Below, piece by piece: positions 1 through 9,189 of a stretch of 64,000 nt of DNA. Position 1 is the stretch's first letter, and the number at the start of each line of letters is the position of its first letter. The DNA is from Gemmatimonadales bacterium. GTDB taxonomy: Bacteria > Gemmatimonadota > Gemmatimonadetes > Gemmatimonadales > GWC2-71-9. Location: NCBI GenBank assembly GCA_041613315.1, contig JBFJHJ010000008.1:20544-84543 (forward strand), read 5' to 3'. The notes under the pieces were generated by a model, which saw only the letters and a list, made by a program, of their open reading frames with translations, made no database searches and was not told the DNA's origin. The translations under genes were made by a program, and so were the position numbers.

Positions 1-2
1 CC

Positions 3-467
3 GCGAACATCCTGGTGCTGGGCTCACCCATCTGGCTGGGGGAGAAGTCCTCCGAATGCACCAAGGTCGTCGAGCGGCTCTATGCGATGTCCAGCCAGCT
101 GAACGACGCCGGGCAGTACGCCTACTACGGCCGCGTGGCGGGGTGTCTCATCACGGGGAACGAGGACGGGGTCAAGCACTGCTCGATGAGCATCCTCTAC
201 GCGCTCCAGCATATCGGCTACACGATCCCACCGCAGGCGGATGCCGGGTGGATCGGCGAGGCCGGCCCCGGCCCGTCCTACCTCGACGAGGGCTCCGGCG
301 GGCCCGAGAACGACTTCACCAACCGCAACACCACGTTCATGACGTGGAACCTGCTCCACCTGGCGCGCCTGCTCACGGACGTGGGCGGGATCCCGGCGCA
401 CGGCAACCAGCGCTCGCTGTGGGACGCGGGCTGCCGGTTCGACTTCGAGAATCCGGAGCATCGATAA
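3..467 (+). CDS. Flavodoxin-family / NADPH-dependent FMN reductase-like protein (5'-truncated by window edge)
   Basis: Open frame from window start (ANILVLGSPIWLGEKSS...GNEDG...GGPENDFTNRNTTFMTWN); motifs typical of WrbA/flavodoxin-like family. Confidence 0.8.
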   Translation, partial: ANILVLGSPIWLGEKSSECTKVVERLYAMSSQLNDAGQYAYYGRVAGCLITGNEDGVKHCSMSILYALQHIGYTIPPQADAGWIGEAGPGPSYLDEGSGGPENDFTNRNTTFMTWNLLHLARLLTDVGGIPAHGNQRSLWDAGCRFDFENPEHR

Positions 468-474
468 CCGGAGC

Positions 475-503
475 CGGCGCACCAGAACGGGACCGGTGCG
501 CCG
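475..503 (+). terminator. GC hairpin after the flavodoxin gene
   Basis: cggcgcacc (475-483) / ggtgcgccg (495-503) perfect 9-bp stem; no U-tract. Confidence 0.4.
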
Positions 504-561
504 AAGGAATCCGCCGGAGCTCATGCAAGACGCACCGCGCTTTCACACGGGCGGGGCGGCC

Positions 562-665
562 GTGACGCTCGAGGACCGTTACAACTTCGGGGTGTCCGAC
601 CTGGACAAAGACCCGATCGTCAGCGCAAGGGCCGAGTGATCGCGATCTTGGGCGGTATATCGTTT
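562..665 (+). pseudogene. Frameshifted C-terminal remnant of an outer-membrane beta-barrel (PorT-like) gene
   Basis: VTLEDRYNFGVSDLDKDP.. then, in another frame, RVIAILGGISF; resembles the last two strands of PorT/OMP barrels. Confidence 0.35.
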
Positions 666-782
666 CAGCCTGCCGACACAGAGGTAGGACGGGAACGCGA
701 TTCCCACCGGGCGCGCCGCGATCGCGCGCTCGCCGGTCCGCGACCCCGCCCCCGACGCCGGGAAGTGGCGTGGTCGCTCGGC

Positions 783-998
783 TTACAGCGACGCGCCAGG
801 CGGTCGGTTGTGGGGTCCTGGGACGATGCCGATGAGGTCGGGGTCTTCCCCCGGGTCAACGGGCCGCGCCGCGTTCTGCGCCTGCTGCTCCTTCTGCTCC
901 TTGCGCAGGGCACGGCGTTCGGCCTTGGCCTGGCGTTTCTCCTGCTTGGCGCGTTCGCGCCGGCGTTTCGCTTGGGTCGCAGGTCCGGGTCTGGCCAT
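783..998 (-). CDS. Small basic hypothetical protein (71 aa)
   Basis: ATG at 998 with GGAGG SD; MARPGPATQAKRRRERAKQEKRQAKAERR...EDPDLIGIVPGP; typical GC3-rich codons. Confidence 0.7.
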   Translation of the reverse strand: MARPGPATQAKRRRERAKQEKRQAKAERRALRKEQKEQQAQNAARPVDPGEDPDLIGIVPGPHNRPPGASL

Positions 999-1090
999 GG
1001 GTCGCCCTCCGTATCGTTGGCACGAGATAGGAAAGATAGCACCGAAGCGGAGATTTCGGTTGAAACTCGCGCTTCTGGCACGTCGGCGCC

Positions 1091-1334
1091 CGATCCCGCC
1101 GCACGCGGACGCCGGGTAGATCGGCGAGGCCCGGCCCCGGCCCGTCCTATCTCGACGCGGGCTCCGGCGGGCCCCGCGAACGATTTCACCAACCGCGACA
1201 CCACGTTCATGACGCGGAACCTGCTCCACCTGGCGTGTGGTGAAGGACGCCGGCGGGGCCCCGGCGCACGGCAACCAGCGCTCGCTGTGGGATGCGGGTG
1301 CCGGTTCGACTTCGAGAACCCGGAGCATCGGTAG
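1091..1334 (+). pseudogene. Degenerate duplicate of the 3' half of the flavodoxin-family gene (223-467)
   Basis: Aligns base by base with 223-467; TGG->TAG nonsense at 1117-1119 and several indels. Confidence 0.9.
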
Positions 1335-1538
1335 GGCGGTCGGGGCTCTCCCGCGCGCGGCCCGTAGCCGGCTTCGCCGTCTGACTGGCCGAAGAGCGCG
1401 ACCCGACAATATCTTGACTCAGCAGCATGAGAGGGCTTCGTCACCGCGAAGCCGTCGTGCGCGAAGCCGATCGGTCGCGTCCACGACAGCCGACCATGCG
1501 CACGAGGGCTGTCAGGTCCGCCCCGGGGAGGTGGCATC

Positions 1539-2441
1539 GTGCAGCAGCTCACGAGGGGCCTGGTCCCCGTTTCTTGGGCGTTCCTTGCCATCAGCTCGTG
1601 CAGCGCCGACGGGGTCCCCGGGCCGGCGCAGCCGTGGGAAGTGGCCGGTGGCCCCATCGCGTTCACCTCGGGGCGGAACGGGAATTACGACATCTACATC
1701 ATGGAGGCCAACGGCAGCGCTCCCAGGCGCCTGACCAGCGACACCGCCGTCGACCAGAGCGCCGACTGGTCCCCCGATGGCTTTCGCATCGCGTTCATGT
1801 CGACGCGGGACGGGGACTACGAGATCTTCGTCATGCTCGTGAACGGCCGCGGCCTACAGCAGCTGACCCATAATGGCGCGGCCGACGGGTTCCCCCGATG
1901 GTCCCCCGACGGCTCGCAGATCCTGTTCACGTCGAACCGGGACGGGAATTTCGAGCTGTACGTCATGCGGGTGGACGGCACCAACCCGACCCGCCTGACC
2001 TGGAACCCCGGGGACGACCTCGGCGGCGCCTGGTCGCCCGACGGGTCGCGGATCGCGTTCGCGTCGGGACGCGACGGCAACCGCGAGCTCTACGTCATGC
2101 AAGCGGACGGGACGGACGTCGTCCGGCTGACGCACAATGCCGCCTCCGAAGGGAACCGGGTGGCGTGGTCGCCGGACGGCACCTGGATCGCGTTCCATGC
2201 TTATCGCGACGGCAATGCCGACATCTACGTCGTGAATGCCGACGGGACCAACGAGATCCAGCTCACGCACGATCCCGCGCGGGATCGGTTTCCGATGTGG
2301 TCGCCGGACGGGCAGCGCCTGGGGTTCACCAGCGATCGCCACGGCGATGATGAGATCTACGTGATGGCCGCGGACGGGAGTGGTCCCGTGCGCCTCACGA
2401 GCCGCGCCGGCCTGGACGTGCTCGACGCCTGGCGGCGCTGA
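1539..2441 (+). CDS. TolB-like beta-propeller (PD40 repeat) protein, probable lipoprotein
   Basis: Repeated WSPDG..IAF.S.RDGN.EIYVM units; GTG start with GGAGG SD; ISSC lipobox-like motif. Confidence 0.88.
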   Translation: MQQLTRGLVPVSWAFLAISSCSADGVPGPAQPWEVAGGPIAFTSGRNGNYDIYIMEANGSAPRRLTSDTAVDQSADWSPDGFRIAFMSTRDGDYEIFVMLVNGRGLQQLTHNGAADGFPRWSPDGSQILFTSNRDGNFELYVMRVDGTNPTRLTWNPGDDLGGAWSPDGSRIAFASGRDGNRELYVMQADGTDVVRLTHNAASEGNRVAWSPDGTWIAFHAYRDGNADIYVVNADGTNEIQLTHDPARDRFPMWSPDGQRLGFTSDRHGDDEIYVMAADGSGPVRLTSRAGLDVLDAWRR

Positions 2442-2881
2442 GCGCCTGGGCGGGGCGGCGCCCCACCGAACGGCTCTCGGGGCGATGACCGGCGTGGCGC
2501 CGGGGGGGTGACGCCGAGCCCCCGTGTCGGCTGGCCGGCGGCGCCCCCAGGTTGACCGTTTCCTTCCCGCAATTGATGCCGTATTACCAGAACAACGGCA
2601 TCACCCGGGCTCAGCGGGACAGCCACTTCGACCAGCGGATCCCCTGACTGGCCGGCCCCATCGCGATCGCCGCGGCGCGACTCCGTCGGTGCTGACCCGT
2701 GCGATCCGTCGCGGTCACCGCGCGAAACCGCGCCACAAGGCGACGGTGATCGCATTCTTCACCTCAACCCTGGATAGAAGGGACGCGTCTGCTGAAGCCC
2801 GGCGCGCCTCGAGCGTCGGCGCAACTCGCCCTGGAGCCCGCCGCCGAAGACGGGAAGTTGCCGGCGACTTCAACGGGCGAG

Positions 2882-2928
2882 CGAAAGCCCGACCATCGAG
2901 GCTCCTGCACTCGACGATCGGGCTTTCG
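2882..2928 (-). terminator. Long hairpin downstream of the PKD lipoprotein gene
   Basis: cgaaagcccga / tcgggctttcg 11-bp stem plus inner tcgag/ctcga. Confidence 0.5.
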
Positions 2929-2999
2929 TGAACACTCATCCTCAAACACGGACGAGGACTGCCTTGCCGGCGCCCGTCCGGTCGCGGTGTCGTCAAGCC

Positions 3000-5237
3000 T
3001 TACGCCCGGGGCGGACCCAGGGTGTTAATACGGTGAAGGATGCGCGTCTGCTCCTTGATCTGGGCCGTGGTGGCACCGGCATCCCTGCGAACCGTTTCGG
3101 CAGCGGTGACCAAATCGACGAACGACGCATCGACGACGCCATCGCGGTCGATGTCGAGCATCTCCGTATAGCCAAAGACGCCGTTGGCCCAGTTCAGCCA
3201 CACGACCAGCAACTCCCGATCGAGCTGCTCCCTTTCGGAGCCACGGTTCTGCTTCAGGAACATGACGTCGTGTGCCTGCTCGATCGTGGAGGCGTCACGC
3301 ACCTCATTGAAGACCGGGCTCATGTGGCCGACGATGGCGAGTAGGCATTCCAGGGCCGCATCATCGAAATCGGTCTTGCCATTACGGCGTAGCTGGTGTT
3401 GCCAGTACCCTTCCTGGCGCGCTGCGTTGCTGCCTGCGACGGGCGTGTTGACGACCGTCACCTGATCCTCGCCGAACGCTCCGTCGTCATCCACGGCGTT
3501 GAAGGTTGTCTCGCGCAGGCAGGCGTCGCCGAACGTGTGGGCCTGCATGTCCACGATCTGGTTGGGTCCGACGGGGGCACCCAGCGGATAGTCCGTGGAA
3601 ACACCGCCGCCGTCGCCGAAGTCCCAACTCGCGGTGAGGTCGTCGCGGCCCGGGTCGAAAGAGCTCCCCGTGAACATGTGGGGTATGCCGGACTCGACCA
3701 GGAACGTGGGGACGCCGTTGACCAGCGTGGTTGACGAGAGGTCGATCTCCGCGGTCGGCGCGACGTTGTCAATCGTGACGGCGGTGCCGACCGTGGTCGG
3801 GCTGCTGCCGGCGTGGAGCCCCACGGCCAGATCCGGCACGATGGAACTCAAATTGAAACTGGTGATGGGGATCCCAAAGCGCCACGTTTCCTCGCCGAAG
3901 ATCCCCGCGTCCACTTCCAGTTGCACAAACAGACCCAGGGCGATCCGGAACTGGGTGAAGACATACTCGAAGTCATCCAGCCTGAGATTGGCAGATCCGG
4001 GCCCATCGATGGCGAGCACCGAGCCAAGGTTCCTCGAAACGCCCGAGGTTGAATAGACCACGGCACCGCTGCCGGACGCCTCGCCGGCAGCCAGCCAGTC
4101 GGCGGTGAACCGGTCCGAGCCCGCCTGCGGCGTCGCGTCGAACCCGATCGAGAAACTGGCCGGGCCGGCGCTCCGGCTAAAGATCGGGAGGTCGATCGTT
4201 GGGAGGTTGAAGACCTGGCCGGGTCCCAGGGGTGTGGTAAAGCTACTCGATTCGTCGATGTCTACGTCGGGACCGAGCGAGAAGACGGTGAACCCGAGGA
4301 CCTCCACATTGATACCGAGGAAGAATTCGAATTCCATGAGGAACTCGTTGCCCTCGCCGGGGAGGATGCCCGCGTTCGTGAAGTCGGCGGCCGTCCAGTC
4401 GAGACCGCGAGCGATGCTCGTTGGGACGAAGCTCGAGCCCTCGAGCACGGAATTGGGCCCGGTCACGCTGACCGCCATAGGAAGCCGGACGCCGAACGCC
4501 CAATCCATCGCGAAACCGAATCGGATGGAGGCCACATCCACCGACGCGATCTCCAGGGTCTCGTCGAGCGTATAATCGAGCCCCGGCCCCGGGATGCTGA
4601 ACCCATTGACGACCTCTCCGGTCGCGCTCACCGCAGCTACCCCCTGGAGCGCCCCGGAAGCGTTGTCCTCGACATGGGTAAACGTGATGGTCTCGGTGTA
4701 CGTGTAGGTTCTCGGTTCCTGGCCGAACGTGTGCGTCTGCCAGAATCCGGGCGCTTCCCGCTCGACGGCGTCCTTCACGGCCTGCGTATAGTCCCCTTCT
4801 TGGATGGAGCCCTCCACGCCGGGAGGCACGGTGCCTTCGATCACGAAGGCCGGCCACTCGCTCTGCCGCGCTTGTTGGGGGTTGTCGTAGCGTATGACGG
4901 TCGTCGCGACGATGGTGACTTCCTGGCCCGGCTCGAGTCCTTGTGCTTGCAGGGTGGCAAGCGGGACCCCCGCATCAGACTCGTACTGGAAAGACAACGA
5001 CGGCGCCGGGAGCCCCGCGGCTCGGCGCTCCGCTAGCGCGTTCTCGATGGCGAGCTGGAAGTCCGTTCGCGCGTCACCGCTCTGACTACTGATGACGCCA
5101 GGGTCTTGAGGTGGGGGCGCAGCCAGCGGCGGGGGCGCAAGCGGCTGCGTTGGCATGGTCGGCGTGTCGTCGCTGCAGGCTGACGCTAGCAACACGGCAA
5201 CTGCCACGACCGGCATTCCTATCCTAACGGGGCGCAT
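3000..5237 (-). CDS. Large secreted lipoprotein with PKD-like domain (745 aa)
   Basis: ATG 5237 with AAGGAG SD; lipobox LASAC; NVAPTA...DPGRDDLTASWDFGDG PKD motif; Ca-loop-like DIDRDGVVD near the C-terminus. Confidence 0.8.
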   Translation of the reverse strand: MRPVRIGMPVVAVAVLLASACSDDTPTMPTQPLAPPPLAAPPPQDPGVISSQSGDARTDFQLAIENALAERRAAGLPAPSLSFQYESDAGVPLATLQAQGLEPGQEVTIVATTVIRYDNPQQARQSEWPAFVIEGTVPPGVEGSIQEGDYTQAVKDAVEREAPGFWQTHTFGQEPRTYTYTETITFTHVEDNASGALQGVAAVSATGEVVNGFSIPGPGLDYTLDETLEIASVDVASIRFGFAMDWAFGVRLPMAVSVTGPNSVLEGSSFVPTSIARGLDWTAADFTNAGILPGEGNEFLMEFEFFLGINVEVLGFTVFSLGPDVDIDESSSFTTPLGPGQVFNLPTIDLPIFSRSAGPASFSIGFDATPQAGSDRFTADWLAAGEASGSGAVVYSTSGVSRNLGSVLAIDGPGSANLRLDDFEYVFTQFRIALGLFVQLEVDAGIFGEETWRFGIPITSFNLSSIVPDLAVGLHAGSSPTTVGTAVTIDNVAPTAEIDLSSTTLVNGVPTFLVESGIPHMFTGSSFDPGRDDLTASWDFGDGGGVSTDYPLGAPVGPNQIVDMQAHTFGDACLRETTFNAVDDDGAFGEDQVTVVNTPVAGSNAARQEGYWQHQLRRNGKTDFDDAALECLLAIVGHMSPVFNEVRDASTIEQAHDVMFLKQNRGSEREQLDRELLVVWLNWANGVFGYTEMLDIDRDGVVDASFVDLVTAAETVRRDAGATTAQIKEQTRILHRINTLGPPRA

Positions 5238-5520
5238 GACGGATCTCCTTAGGTAAGAATGAAGTGGGTTAGCGGTACGAAAGAGCAGGTATGGAATGGA
5301 ACTCGCAGTCGCCCCCGTGCTGGGCTCGGGCGATGGATCGCCGTCGAGGGTCTTCGTGCAGGCTCCATCGTGGTTCTCCGATGTGATTCGAGCATGGGTC
5401 GTAACACATTCGTCGCAGGCAATCAAGGGGACGCTCTTGGGGAACGTGAAGAACACGATAACAACACGACGGCGGTCATCGCCTCGACCCACGCGCCACA
5501 CTCCCTCGCCGAGACGACGA

Positions 5521-5554
5521 AGCCCCGGCACCCAACCAACTGGCTGCCGGGGCT
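5521..5554 (-). terminator. Hairpin downstream of tRNA-Ile
   Basis: agccccggca / tgccggggct perfect 10-bp stem just 3' of the tRNA. Confidence 0.6.
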
Positions 5555-5568
5555 GTTGTTCGCCCTCA

Positions 5569-5642
<74 letters not shown>

Positions 5643-5749
5643 CATCCCGCCCAGAGACGAGGATCTGCAATCTAGGTCATCGCCGCCCGCCCCTCCACCC
5701 CACTCCCTCACGGGCAGAGGGCAGCGCCGGGGCGGTGCGCCTCGATTGC

Positions 5750-5787
5750 CTGCCCAGGCTGCCCCCCTCTGCCCCGCCTGCCACCGC
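5750..5787. repeat. Four 9-10-bp tandem units (ctgcccc-like)
   Basis: ctgcccagg ctgcccccct ctgccccgc ctgccaccgc. Confidence 0.5.
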
Positions 5788-5793
5788 CTTCAC

Positions 5794-6021
5794 TCAATCC
5801 CAATCCGACTTCCGTTTCCCACCCCGACGCGGCTCGTCCTCCTCCTCCTCCTCTTCGAACTCTTCCTCGTACTCCTCGTAGTCGTCGTCGTCTTCATCGT
5901 CGTCGTCGTCCAACTCCTCGTCCTCCTCGAAGTCGTCGTACGCGCCGTCGGAGTCGTCCTCGTCGTCGTCGCCGAACGCCAGCACCACCACAGGCGCGAC
6001 CGACGTGTGCCAGGGCCACAT
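5794..6021 (-). CDS. Small, extremely acidic protein (75 aa)
   Basis: ATG with GGAGG SD right after typA; long D/E tract using normal GAC/GAG codons. Confidence 0.7.
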   Translation of the reverse strand: MWPWHTSVAPVVVLAFGDDDEDDSDGAYDDFEEDEELDDDDDEDDDDYEEYEEEFEEEEEEDEPRRGGKRKSDWD

Positions 6022-6057
6022 CGCTTCCTCCCGCTCTCCCGAGCTTACGGTTGAGTC

Positions 6058-7965
6058 CTACGACTCGTTCGCCGCGCGCCGAGCACGCGCAGCCTTCTTG
6101 CGCGCAATGGCCTCGAGCGCGCGCTTCCGGAGCCGAATGGCCTCCGGGGTGACCTCGATCAGCTCGTCGTCCTCGATGTACTCCAGCGCGAACTCGAGCG
6201 TGATCCGGCGCGGTGGCTCGAGCTGAATGTTCTCGTCGGACGCCGTCGTCCGCATGTTCGTCAGCTTCTTTTCTTTCGTGACGTTCACGTCCAACTCGCC
6301 CGGCCGGACATGCTCCCCCACGATCATCCCCTCGTACACCGGCTCCCCGGGCGCCACGAACATCGTCGCGCGCTCCTGCAGGTTGAACAGCGCGTACCCC
6401 ACGGCCGCCCCCTCGCGATCCGCCACGAGCACGCCTCGGCTCCGCCCCGCCAGCGGGCCGGCCCACGGCCCGTACTCGAAGAAGCGATGATGCAAGATCC
6501 CCTCGCCGCGCGTGTCCGTGAGGAACTCGGACCGGTACCCGAACAGCCCGCGCGCGGGCACCCGGAAGCGCATCCGCACCCGCCCGAACCCGGTGTTCTT
6601 CATGTCGAGCATGTCGGCGCGCCGGGGACCCAGCGACTCGATCACCGTCCCCAGCATCCCCTCCGGTACGTCAACCACCAACTCCTCGTACGGTTCCAGC
6701 CGCTCGCCGTCCGGCCCCTCCCGCGTGATCACGCGCGGCCGACTCACCTGAAACTCATAGCTCTCGCGCCGCATCGTCTCCATCAGGATCGCCAGGTGGA
6801 GCTCCCCGCGGCCCGACACCGTGAGCACGTCCGGCTGGGCGGTGTCCTCCACGCGCAGCGCCACGTTGCGCTCCAGCTCCCGATAGAGCCGGTCGCGCAC
6901 CTGCCGCGTGGTCACGAACTTCCCGGCGCGCCCCGCGAAGGGCGAGTTGTTCACCATGAAGTCCACGGAGATCGTGGGCGCCTCCACCGCGATCCCGCGG
7001 AGCCGCTCGCGCCGCGCCGGATCGGTCAAGGTCTTGCCGATCTCCACTCCCTCGAGCCCGGCGATCGCCACGATGTCACCGGCCACGGCCGCCTCCACCT
7101 CGACCCGCTCCAGCCCCTCGAAGGCATACAATCTGAGCACTCGCGCCGGTTGCTCTTCGTCCTCGGCGACGGGGCCCGGCTCGCCCAACGGCAGGAGCGC
7201 CACCGACTGGCCGACCCGTAGCCGGCCGCGCTCGATCCGCCCGATCGCCAAGCGCCCGATGTAGGGCGAGAAGTCGAGGGTCGAGACCAACATCTGGAAT
7301 GGGGCGTCCGGCGTGCCGCGGGGCTCCGGGATATGGGACACGATCGCTTCGAACAACGGCGTCAGATCCCCGCCGCCCCACCCCGCCTCGGCGGTCGGAC
7401 GGTCGGATGGTCGGGCGGTCGCATCGCCGCCCCACCCCTCCCCGACCTCATTAAACGCCACCCCATCCCGCGCCGATGCATACACGAACGGCGCATCGAG
7501 CTGCCGCTCGTCGGCCTCGAGATCCATCAGCAGCTCCAAGACGTCGTCATGCACCTCCTTGGGACGCGCATCCGGCCGATCGATCTTGTTGATCACCACC
7601 ACGGGCAGGAGCCCCAGCGCCAGCGCCTTCCGGGTGACGAACCGGGTCTGGGGCATCGGCCCCTCCGCGGCATCCACCAGGAGCAGCACGCCGTCCACCA
7701 TGCGCAACACGCGCTCCACCTCACCACCGAAATCAGCGTGGCCCGGCGTGTCCACCAGGTTGATCTTCACGGCGCCCCAGCGCACCGAGGCGTTCTTCGA
7801 CAGGATCGTAATGCCGCGCTCCCGCTCCAACGGGTTCGAGTCCATGACCCGGTCCTCGACCTGCTGGTTTGAGCGAAAGACGCCGGCCTGGCGCAGCATC
7901 TTGTCCACGAGCGTAGTCTTGCCGTGGTCGACGTGCGCGACGATCGCGATGTTGCGGATGGGCAA
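6058..7965 (-). CDS. typA: Translational GTPase TypA/BipA
   Basis: [51 protein letters not shown] motifs; TTG start. Confidence 0.97.
   Translation of the reverse strand: MPIRNIAIVAHVDHGKTTLVDKMLRQAGVFRSNQQVEDRVMDSNPLERERGITILSKNASVRWGAVKINLVDTPGHADFGGEVERVLRMVDGVLLLVDAAEGPMPQTRFVTRKALALGLLPVVVINKIDRPDARPKEVHDDVLELLMDLEADERQLDAPFVYASARDGVAFNEVGEGWGGDATARPSDRPTAEAGWGGGDLTPLFEAIVSHIPEPRGTPDAPFQMLVSTLDFSPYIGRLAIGRIERGRLRVGQSVALLPLGEPGPVAEDEEQPARVLRLYAFEGLERVEVEAAVAGDIVAIAGLEGVEIGKTLTDPARRERLRGIAVEAPTISVDFMVNNSPFAGRAGKFVTTRQVRDRLYRELERNVALRVEDTAQPDVLTVSGRGELHLAILMETMRRESYEFQVSRPRVITREGPDGERLEPYEELVVDVPEGMLGTVIESLGPRRADMLDMKNTGFGRVRMRFRVPARGLFGYRSEFLTDTRGEGILHHRFFEYGPWAGPLAGRSRGVLVADREGAAVGYALFNLQERATMFVAPGEPVYEGMIVGEHVRPGELDVNVTKEKKLTNMRTTASDENIQLEPPRRITLEFALEYIEDDELIEVTPEAIRLRKRALEAIARKKAARARRAANES
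7371..7438. repeat. In-frame octamer-repeat insertion in typA, flanked by a 14-bp direct repeat
   Basis: cgccgccccacccc at 7371-7384 and 7425-7438; ggcggtcg gacggtcg gatggtcg ggcggtcg at 7390-7421. Confidence 0.85.
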
Positions 7966-7968
7966 CTT

Positions 7969-7995
7969 CTAAGCCCTTTATTTACAATGTGTTAG
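7969..7995. promoter_or_regulatory. AT-rich imperfect dyad (TAA-N19-TTA) upstream of typA
   Basis: ctaagccctttatttacaatgtgttag; similar element at 20424-20450. Confidence 0.4.
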
Positions 7996-8167
7996 TATTC
8001 GCGCGCCTGGGTGCGACATGCTCAAGTGGGCCAGTATAGACGGGGGCGGTACGGAACGCAAGCGGCGGCCGTCACACACGGCTCCGTGCGTCCGAGATGG
8101 GGAGCCCGTCTGCCGGGGACGGCGTCGGTCGAGGGGAGCGTTCCCCTCCAACGGCGGGGCAACGCGG

Positions 8168-9121
8168 CTACGGATCGGTCCGGTCGGCCGCGCGGTCCTC
8201 GCCGTCCGGGCATCCCTCCCCAGCCCGCTCGATCTGCATCGTCACGTGGTGGATGCCCAGGTCGGCCATGCGGTGCTGCACGGCACCCAGCACCCGCTGG
8301 TTCTGCCCCGGGTCGCCCACCACGGCGTGCCCGCTCATCGCCACGACGCCGCTGGTCACGGTCCACACATGGAGGTCGTGCACGTCGGCGACGCCGGGGA
8401 TGGACGCGATGTGCCGCTCGACGTCGCCCAGCGCGATGTGTTGCGGCGTCGCCTCGAGCAACACGTCCACGCTCTCCCGGAGGAGCCGCCACGCGCCCAC
8501 GAGGATGAGGAGCGCGATCGCGACCGAGATCAACGGATCGGCCAGCGTCCAGCCGGTGAGGAGGATGATCGCACCGGCCGTCATGGCGCCCACCGAGCCC
8601 AGCAGGTCGCTCAGGATGTGGAGGTACGCCCCCCGCACGTTGAGCGACTGCCGGTGCCCGCCGTGCAGCAGGCGCATGCCGACGAGATTGACCACGAGGC
8701 CGGCGCTCGCGACCCCGAAGAGGATGCGCGGCTCCACCGCGGGCGGCGCGGCCAGGCGGCCCACGGCGTCCCACACGATGAGGCCCGCGAGCACGAACAG
8801 CGCCGCCCCGTTGACCAGCGCCGCGAGGATCTCGAGGCGGAGGTACCCGTAGGTCTTCTCGGGTGTCGCCGGCCGCTGGGCGATCCACCCGGCGAAGAGC
8901 GCCAGCGCGAGCGCGGCGACGTCGGTGAGCATGTGGCCGGCGTCGGCAAGGAGGGCCAGGGAGTTGGCGATCACGCCGCCGGCGAACTCCACGACCATGA
9001 ACGTGGCGGTGAGGATGAGCACGAATCGCAGGGGGCGCCCGTGGCCCGCCAGCGCGGGCGTGCGGTGGGCGCACTCCAACGAGCGCTCGGGAGCGGCGGC
9101 GGGCGGCGCGCGTTCAGGCAC
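8168..9121 (-). CDS. Cation diffusion facilitator (CzcD/ZitB-like)
   Basis: SLALLADAGHMLTD, TYGYLRLEILAALVN, GAYLHILSDLLGS, VHDLHVW motifs. Confidence 0.93.
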   Translation of the reverse strand: MPERAPPAAAPERSLECAHRTPALAGHGRPLRFVLILTATFMVVEFAGGVIANSLALLADAGHMLTDVAALALALFAGWIAQRPATPEKTYGYLRLEILAALVNGAALFVLAGLIVWDAVGRLAAPPAVEPRILFGVASAGLVVNLVGMRLLHGGHRQSLNVRGAYLHILSDLLGSVGAMTAGAIILLTGWTLADPLISVAIALLILVGAWRLLRESVDVLLEATPQHIALGDVERHIASIPGVADVHDLHVWTVTSGVVAMSGHAVVGDPGQNQRVLGAVQHRMADLGIHHVTMQIERAGEGCPDGEDRAADRTDP

Positions 9122-9189
9122 GCGCCGGTCCGGCCCGGCCGTGTTTGGCGGCGGCCATCCAAGCGTTTAGCTTACCCGGTGACTTCCCT

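Noticed and set aside
1018..1091. TGGCACG motifs as sigma-54 promoters
   Set aside because: No acceptable -12 TGC element at the required spacing
223..1334. Diversity-generating retroelement TR/VR pair
   Set aside because: Differences are not adenine-specific, include indels, and no reverse transcriptase is present in the window
1650..2400. ~130-bp periodic DNA repeats
   Set aside because: Explained by PD40 propeller blade repeats in the protein
5238..5531. N-terminal extension of the 843-aa ORF
   Set aside because: SD and lipoprotein signal place the true start at 5237
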